A stretch of DNA of 55,708 nucleotides, counting the filler, from Sphacelaria rigidula (taxonomy: Eukaryota), in assembly GCA_964200075.2 (NCBI GenBank). It is 3 parts of 3 records of this genome, joined end to end, with 100 filler letters (N's around TTAATTAATTAA, not from the genome) between each part and the next. Parts side by side here need not be neighbours in the genome. Positions count along the whole stretch, not along the records: positions 37,209 to 55,708 come from CAXNAA020000849.1; 2 more parts are not named here. One strand, given 5' to 3'. Positions within the stretch are counted from its first letter, which is position 1. Each line of letters opens with the position of its first letter. The notes beneath the pieces were generated by a model that worked only from the letters and a program-made list of their open reading frames with translations, was not told where the DNA came from and made no database searches. Below are positions 49,301-55,708 of this stretch, one piece after another. The position numbers and the translations under genes were made by a program.

Positions 49301-50750
49301 GAGGAAGAGGCGCGACGAAGTAAAATTGATTCATCAAATGTAGGTGTTGAATCTCTCACCAAAAACTACAACTGCTGTTCTACTTTCCCCGTGTTTTCCT
49401 CTCTTTCTTCTCGCCATTATTTCCTATCGTTTCGTTCCGGGTTTTTTTTTAAAGCTATATTTCAAAGATATCCTGACGATGAAAATCATCGTTCTTCACT
49501 TCCCGTGGGAGACACAGTTTCGCGTGTGAGATGATGTCATTTTTTACCACCCCCCGTATAAACAAGACACGTGGGAACACGGAGTCCATCAACCATGTGA
49601 TCATTAATATCCATGAACGCATGTGAGCAGAATCTCAGAAAGCACGTCCTCCAAGAACCCCGACTCGACTTCATCCAGTACAGCATACAAATCGCCCATA
49701 CTCGTCTCTTCGAGAGCACCCACGGCAAACATCGGCCCTTTTTCAACCGAGAGACTCATTCTCCATTCTGCCCTCGGGGACGCGATCGCAGATAGCTGTC
49801 TGTACGAAACTCGGCGAGATTCCCTTGCTCATCCTAGTAGTACTGGTCTTGCGCCATCATCGGGGGTCAAAGTTTTACCTACAAGTTTCGTAAATGGTGC
49901 AAAATCAGTTGGTCGTGCGTTCGACTCCACCGCTCATCGTTTGTCGACAGTAGGTGTGCTCAACGTGACACTGAAGAACAATTGTAGGTGTGTGTGATAG
50001 CTATACAGCGCAAGCTGAACTGTCTCAGTTGCCAGCCTGTGGTTCAAGATTACTTGAGGTATGTGAACGGTGTTCAAGGATGAGAGATACGAACAAACGA
50101 TCGACAAAAACAAAAACACAGCGAGCATGGCGGTTGCGCTGCGCACGGCCGTTGCCGGCGAATCCAAGCTCTCTCCGACCCTTGTACGGCACTTACGGGT
50201 ATACAGTTTTCCCGCATATTCTTGAGACGGGCATCATGTCATCTGCGTACTTGTTTGGAGTCAAAATTCCTTAGAGGACGTGTCTTATCAATTATTTCCG
50301 ACACAAAAATGTGTGGTTGAATCGAATTGGTCATAATTAGCTTGTAGCTGATATGTCCACGGCATTCATGTTCTTAGCCCGCTTCTTTTAGCCTGAAAAA
50401 CGTCTTGGAGAAAAGTCGATTTGATCAGTTTCCAGGGATTTTTTGCAGAACGTGGCCTTAGACCCACTTTTATGGCAAACGAACCCCGATTTTTTTGGAC
50501 CCCGATTTTGAAAAAATCGGGGGGACTCAAATCCGTGTACTCAAAATCGGGGTGACCGTTTTATGGCAAGACGAATTTTTGAGGGACAGTTTGCCTCAGG
50601 AAGGGTCATGCTCTGGCAGGGGTGCACGCGGTCCATCCTCCAAATCTCAAATTCATCAAGCGCACATCCGGCCACAGTCCCGCAAAGCCTCACTCGAGAG
50701 CTGTCCACGATCAACACCTCCAGCGCGCAGTCGATCACCACAAATTCACC

Positions 50751-51078
50751 ATGAGTGGGATGCTGATGCTGAACATGAGCGGAGCAACAGAAAAACAGGT
50801 GGCGTGGGCCGTGGAACGGCTAAAAGCGGTGTGTGCGGACAAACCAGGGAAGCCCTCGTGGGCAGTGGTGCGGACTGTGCAAAACGTCGCGGTGTGGTAT
50901 GCATGGTCTGGCATCCGGCAGGCGAGGCCCATGTGCAGCGAGGATAAACACAAAGAAGCCGCGCGAAGCTACAAGACCTTCGCCGTCCCAGCATGCCTCA
51001 GATTCTTCAAAGATGGCTGCAAGTTCTGTCCGCCGTGGTTGACCGCGGACATGATGGGGCGCACGACCCTTAGCGACG
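50751..51078 (+). CDS. Harbinger ORF2-like (Myb/NAM-associated) protein, exon 1
   Basis: caccATG at 50751, open frame to SD G|gtgagg (phase 1). Confidence 0.55.
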
Positions 51079-52001
51079 GTGAGGGCTGGTTTATGTTAGC
51101 ATCGGAAACGTCACAGTCAGTAGCCCAGAGACTAGAGGTAGAGTTCAATGTACAGTCGGTGCTGTGTGCAAAGCATGCTGCGCAGACCGCTTGAGGGTGA
51201 AGGATGAACATGTACGTCCCAGCAATTTGTCACACCAATTTTTTCGAAGCAAACGCCGTTCTCGCCCATGGGCAGTATATGATATGTGCAATTTTGCACG
51301 AACAGCTTTTTTGAATTTTGCGTCTAGTACCACATCCTCGGGGTCCCACGAGGCAATGCGGCGTCTGTGCATGTCTCACTATCTCGACGCCCCTCTGCCG
51401 AAATAAATCCGCGGCGTGAATTGCACAGCTTCCCTCCGACTGCTTTGTGTGAATGTCCGCTGTGTTGTGCACGCTACCTCCGGCACCCTGTACAGCCCGC
51501 ATGCGAGACCCCCGAGAGGTTTCGCACACGAGTACCATTAAATATCGTCAAAACCTCTATGAAGGTACTTTAGTTGTGTTATTCAGCGTCATACCGGGAG
51601 CCCAACGATGCTGTGCAGTGTCTTCGTGTGTCCGCCTTGTTTTATGGATAGCTGTTTCTTCAAATGAGTCCGCGACGATGCAGTGGGCATCCTGCCGCCG
51701 GTTGTAATGCGAAATTATCCGCCACGTTGTGCACGTAACCTCTGTTCAGCTGTGCGATCCGGACGCGGACTCCCCGCAGAATACATGCGCACCAACTCCG
51801 CGATTTATGTGTGGGAATCCGGAAGAAAGCCATCTCGGATATTTTTTCTAGGCACATATACGCAGGCCCACGAGTAGGCGTCGTGTCACGACACGTTTAA
51901 GTCACTTCCCGGTGAACTGCTTGTTCACATACATCCGCGGCGACACGATTGACCCCCCCCCCCGTCCTATGGTGTGAATCTCTGCCGTGTTGTCGTTGCA
52001 G

Positions 52002-52101
52002 CCGGCTGCAATCTCTACCAAGCGGAGACGAGAGCCCTTGAGCGCCGATACGAGCTCATTCGGCAGACCATCAGGAAGGAAATGACGGAAGAAGCGAGCA
52101 A
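52002..52101 (+). CDS. Harbinger ORF2-like protein, exon 2
   Basis: tgtcgttgcag|CC (phase 1) GCNLYQAETRALERRYELIRQTIRKEMTEEAS AA|gtgggt (phase 2). The amphipathic basic helix resembles a Myb/trihelix recognition helix. Confidence 0.6.
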
Positions 52102-52310
52102 GTGGGTGATGAGAGTAATTTCAGTCCCCAACCCTCCAAGGGCGGGTTTGTATATTGATATTGACGCACGTGCTCATCATCCACGAATCCAGTCGCGGTC
52201 GAAGGTCAAGACATTCGCAGGAGAAAAGACCCGGCGATCGGCGCAGAACACGTCGTGGGGGACTGAGGGCGGTGGAGAGCGACATTTGAAGTTCAGTAGA
52301 GGTTGTCTGA

Positions 52311-52746
52311 AACCCATTTTTATGGCAACGAATCTCGATTTGTACAAAAACGAGGATTTCAGCTCACCTGTACGCAAATTTCTCCCGTGCATTGATTTTT
52401 CGGATCTCAGCCCGTCGGGCGATGTTTTTCGGGTAGATCTCCGACTCCATGGGCCTCGACTTTCGGTCCACCACGTTTCTGCCCAAATCGGGACACTCTC
52501 GTTTCTCCCCCGTATTTTTTTTCTAAAGCGGGGGAGATGCGGGAGTGTCCCGATTTCAGGTTAACGCTGATGTATGGGAAGTCAACTCCCAGAAGATCGG
52601 AGAATTGATCTTCTGTGCTCAATTCAACCTGAAAAACATCGCCGAACGGACCAGTGTCCGAACAATCAATCCACGGGAGAAATTCGCCTGTAGACGGGCT
52701 GAATTCCTCATCTTAATACAAATCGGGGTTCGTTGAAAAGTGTGTC
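52311..52746. mobile_element. H1 MITE inside intron 2 of the large element
   Basis: aacccatttttatggcaacgaatctcgatttgtacaa ... tacaaatcggggttcgttg-aaaagtgtgtc; flanks TGA/TCA; homologous to 197-1333. Confidence 0.8.
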
Positions 52747-53202
52747 TCACATATTTGGGTCTGACTGGTTTACAGTATTTTTCTTCTTCCCAGAAAATAT
52801 CAGGTGGGATCCAAAACCCCCCTCCCCCTCCCCTCCCCTCTCGTCACACACATCGTCATCCTATTTATACCTTGTTTCTGCTCTGATGATCAATCCACCG
52901 ATTTGCGCTCCTTCAGCGCTTCCGTCCCACGACCAACAGAAAGCGACATGGCATTATAGAATACTGAAAACAAAAGCAATATCTGCATGGGTATTTTATG
53001 CGGTACCGCACGAATGATCCTGGCCGCCCCCATCGACTGCAGACTTATCCGGCCACAATCCGGCGGATTCCGTCCCGGCTGTGTACCGGCGGATCCCCGA
53101 TCGGGTCGGTTCGTGATCACGCTGCACAACACACCGCACACCGAGTGATCTCGGCCGCCAGGTGGCCGTCGTTTTTGCGCACTCAGGTTTTTGTTGTGGT
53201 GA

Positions 53203-53679
53203 GACCCACTTTTATTGCAACGAATCTCGACTTGTACAAAGATGAGCAATTCAGCCCGTCGAATGGCGAATTTCTCCTGTGCGTTGGTCATTCGTATCCC
53301 ACTCCGTTGGGCAATGTTTTTGTGCTAGCAGTGACCAAGCAAGGTCGATTCTCCGACCGTATGGGCGTGGATTTTCCGTACTTCACCGATATGATGAAAT
53401 CGGGACACTCCCGCATCTCCCCGGTTTTTTTTCGAAATCGTGGAAAAATCGAGGGAGATGCGGTAGCCCCGGAGTGTCGCGATTTCAACAGAACGATGAT
53501 GCAGCGAAACTCAACGTCCACAAAATCGGAGAAAGGATGTGGTTTCCTCACAGCTAGCCGAAGAACATAACCCAACGGGCGGGGGTGCGAAAAATCAATC
53601 CACGGGAGAAAACGGACTGCGGACGGGCTAAAATCCCCATATTTGTGCAAAACGAGATTCGTTGCCATACCAGTGAGCC
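53203..53679. mobile_element. Second H1 MITE inside intron 2 of the large element
   Basis: gacccacttttattgcaacgaatctcg ... cgagattcgttgccataccagtgagcc; flanks TGA/TAA. Confidence 0.8.
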
Positions 53680-53995
53680 TAACCGCGAAAGTAGGCGAGC
53701 TACATTATGTTTTTCCGCGTGGCTAAAGCTCAGCCTCGCACGACGGGGATGGCTGTACCAAGTAGTGTTACAATAGTGAGACACGCATGAGTCCGTGTGT
53801 CAGCTGTGGTTGTCTCTACAAGTGGCAGCCCTGAAAGTAAAGTAAGTCGTCGTTGGCTGTCGCCCCCAAGCCGGACAATTTCAGTGCGCTTGGGGCCGAA
53901 CCGTCTTGGCTACGCCTTGCCTTCCCGCAACCCATTCCAAAGCTAGTGCTACATGTTCGCTTCTATGCTGTTCAAAAATTGCTTGCCCTTCGCAG

Positions 53996-55590
53996 GCTGA
54001 TGCCAAACGTGAGGAGCTCATCGGCGGATGCGGGATACATCCCTTCCGGGCAGCAGACAGAGGACATGATTCACCAACTCCATGTCGCCATGTGGGAATT
54101 GCAACCCGGGCGGCGAAAGCAGATGAAGCGGCGGGCTTATGAAGCCAAAATATAGCAGGGCGAGACCCTGCAACTCGTGGAGGAGCCTCCGACAACCGTC
54201 AGCGGGGAGCAGGCCTCGCCGCCGCCCGAGGCGACGTCAGGACGGCGACGGGTCGCCGCAGGAGAAGAAGGACCCAGCAGTAACAGTACTCGTGCCGATG
54301 CCGAAGTCCTGGTTGAGTGTGTATTCCCTCGTGTTCATAATATTCGGGGCATGGTCGCGGGACCCGGACGGAGAGCTGAAGGTCGTGGCGGCAAGTGGGC
54401 CTCCTAGGCGCCGCAGCGCGGGCGGGTCTCGGTCCAGCGCCGCCGAGGACGACGGCGACGGTGCCGGCAGCGATTCTTCGTCAACCTCTGTCAAGCCATG
54501 TATAAAACTGGAGGGTGCCGTCGGGCTGAAAAGAACCAGGCAGGACATGATCCGGGCAAGAGAGAGGGATCAGAGAATTGCTCGCGAGAACTCTAGGCAT
54601 AGCGAGATTGTGAAGTTGATGCAGAAACCACCGCCGGAAGATTCCACCGGCGCGAGATTGGTTGAAGCAGTCGAAACTGTCGCAAAGACCCTTCAACGGT
54701 CCGCGACGTACAAGGATGACTTCTTCCGGACCAGAACGCGCGAGAGGGACCTCGAGATGAGAATCAATCTCGCTAAGGAGAAAATCAATCTCACAAAGGA
54801 GAAAATCGCCTTGGCGGAGGAGCTCGGCTTTACAGACGACGCGCGAAGCATGAAGCGTGAGTTGTATGCCATGATGCGAGCGACTACGCTGGACCCTGTG
54901 CCACTCCCTGTCGCCACCTCTGCGGGCGACGGCCGGCCGCTCCCCGACGCTGCAAACACTGGCGCCCCCGACGGGGACGGCGACGTCACGGATCATGAGG
55001 TGGGATCGTTCGACGACCTGGGATCGTTGGACGACGGTGGAGAAGAGTCGCCGGCGAATACACATGCAACACCACCCGCCGCACTGCCGGCGGATGGACA
55101 CCCGCACGATTCTCCCGCCGACACACCAGCACCCGTGTGCGGGTCCATCGCGGAAGTGTGTCTGCTGGGAACATCTGCGGGCGAACTCCGTGCATCACCC
55201 ACGGATGCCCCTGCAACGGCGAGCGCCGTCGCGACATCGCCGACACAGCAGGCTGGCACCGTTGCCGCCATGCCAAGCCGGGTCTACGGATGCAATGGCG
55301 CCGATGTGGAAATTCTAGAGGTTCTGTCGGACGGCGCCCGCGAATCGGCGCCCGCATTGCCTCTGCGACAATCTCACGCGGCGCCCTCATCCTGCCGCCC
55401 ATGTGCCGCCGCCGACACCACGCCCGCGCCGATGGGGGACTATGGCGAAAACAGCGGTGCGGCTGGTGCATCGCTGCACGGCGCAGACGACGACTCTTCT
55501 GCTGACGAGGCTTCGTCGTATGTGGCCGCGGCCGGTGATGGGTGCGCGCGTGTACATGCACTGCCCCGCGCGGGGCACGTTGGCGATTAG
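53996..55590 (+). pseudogene. Harbinger ORF2-like protein, exon 3 (disabled by TAG at 54153-55 and a frameshift near 54240)
   Basis: cccttcgcag|G (phase 2) LMPNV..IPSGQQTEDMIHQLHVAMW..KI*QGETL, then a second frame MPKSWLSVYSLVFIIFG..GLKRTRQD..coiled coil RERDLEMRINLAKEKINLTKEKIALAEELG and a long acidic, Ala/Pro-rich tail. Confidence 0.6.
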
Positions 55591-55708
55591 CAGGTTGTCG
55601 GTAAACGGTTGGCGTACTACACATGGTCGACGAACCCACATCGTTAAAATCAGTGCCGGGCGGTGGATAAGCATCTCAAACGGGGCGCCATTTTTGTCGA
55701 AACTGATG
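55560..55708 (-). pseudogene. Possible C-terminal end of a Harbinger DDE transposase, convergent with ORF2
   Basis: Minus frame open from the window edge: ISFDKNGAPFEML..RQPFTDNLLIANVPR. This recalls stramenopile Harbinger transposase C-termini (from memory, unverified), and the position fits a tail-to-tail layout. Confidence 0.35.

Larger units (their letters stand above)
50461..55708. mobile_element. Large PIF/Harbinger-like transposon (left part; runs off the window)
   Basis: TTA|GACCCACTTTTATGGCAAACGAACCCCGATTT left TIR matches the H1 MITE termini. Subterminal aaaatcgggg/ccccgatttt motifs follow, then a spliced ORF starting 290 bp inside. No matching right TIR for it in the window. Confidence 0.65.

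Noticed and set aside
51974-53668. Long ORFs containing FMATNLDLYK-like peptides
   Set aside because: Read-through of MITE TIR sequence; only 52002-52101 is treated as an exon.

Overview
Eukaryotic, intron-rich and transposon-dense DNA, most likely from a brown alga (Phaeophyceae), inferred from the EsV-1-7 repeats and multi-kb introns. Two 100-nt assembly gaps carry an artificial TTAATTAATTAA linker, so contiguity across them is not guaranteed. Host genes: exon 1 of BRF1 (TFIIIB subunit, minus strand); a low-complexity gene with a possible split PH domain (two exons seen); and an uncharacterised gene with a WYKDEGG motif whose four exons splice in phase across 11.6 kb. An intronless EsV-1-7 repeat gene has 8 Cys/His repeats and one in-frame TAG. 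The last 5.2 kb looks like the left part of a large PIF/Harbinger transposon. It has a left TIR after TTA, a decayed three-exon Myb/NAM-like ORF, a possible convergent transposase tail at the window edge, and two MITEs with the same TIR inside its own intron. The remainder is a set of non-autonomous elements: a three-layer nested insertion, Harbinger-, mariner-, piggyBac- and Sola-like MITEs, a tRNA-headed repeat, a family with subterminal inverted repeats and a telomere-like microsatellite, and a loopless 138-bp hairpin. Family assignments come from motif recognition by eye; no database search was run.
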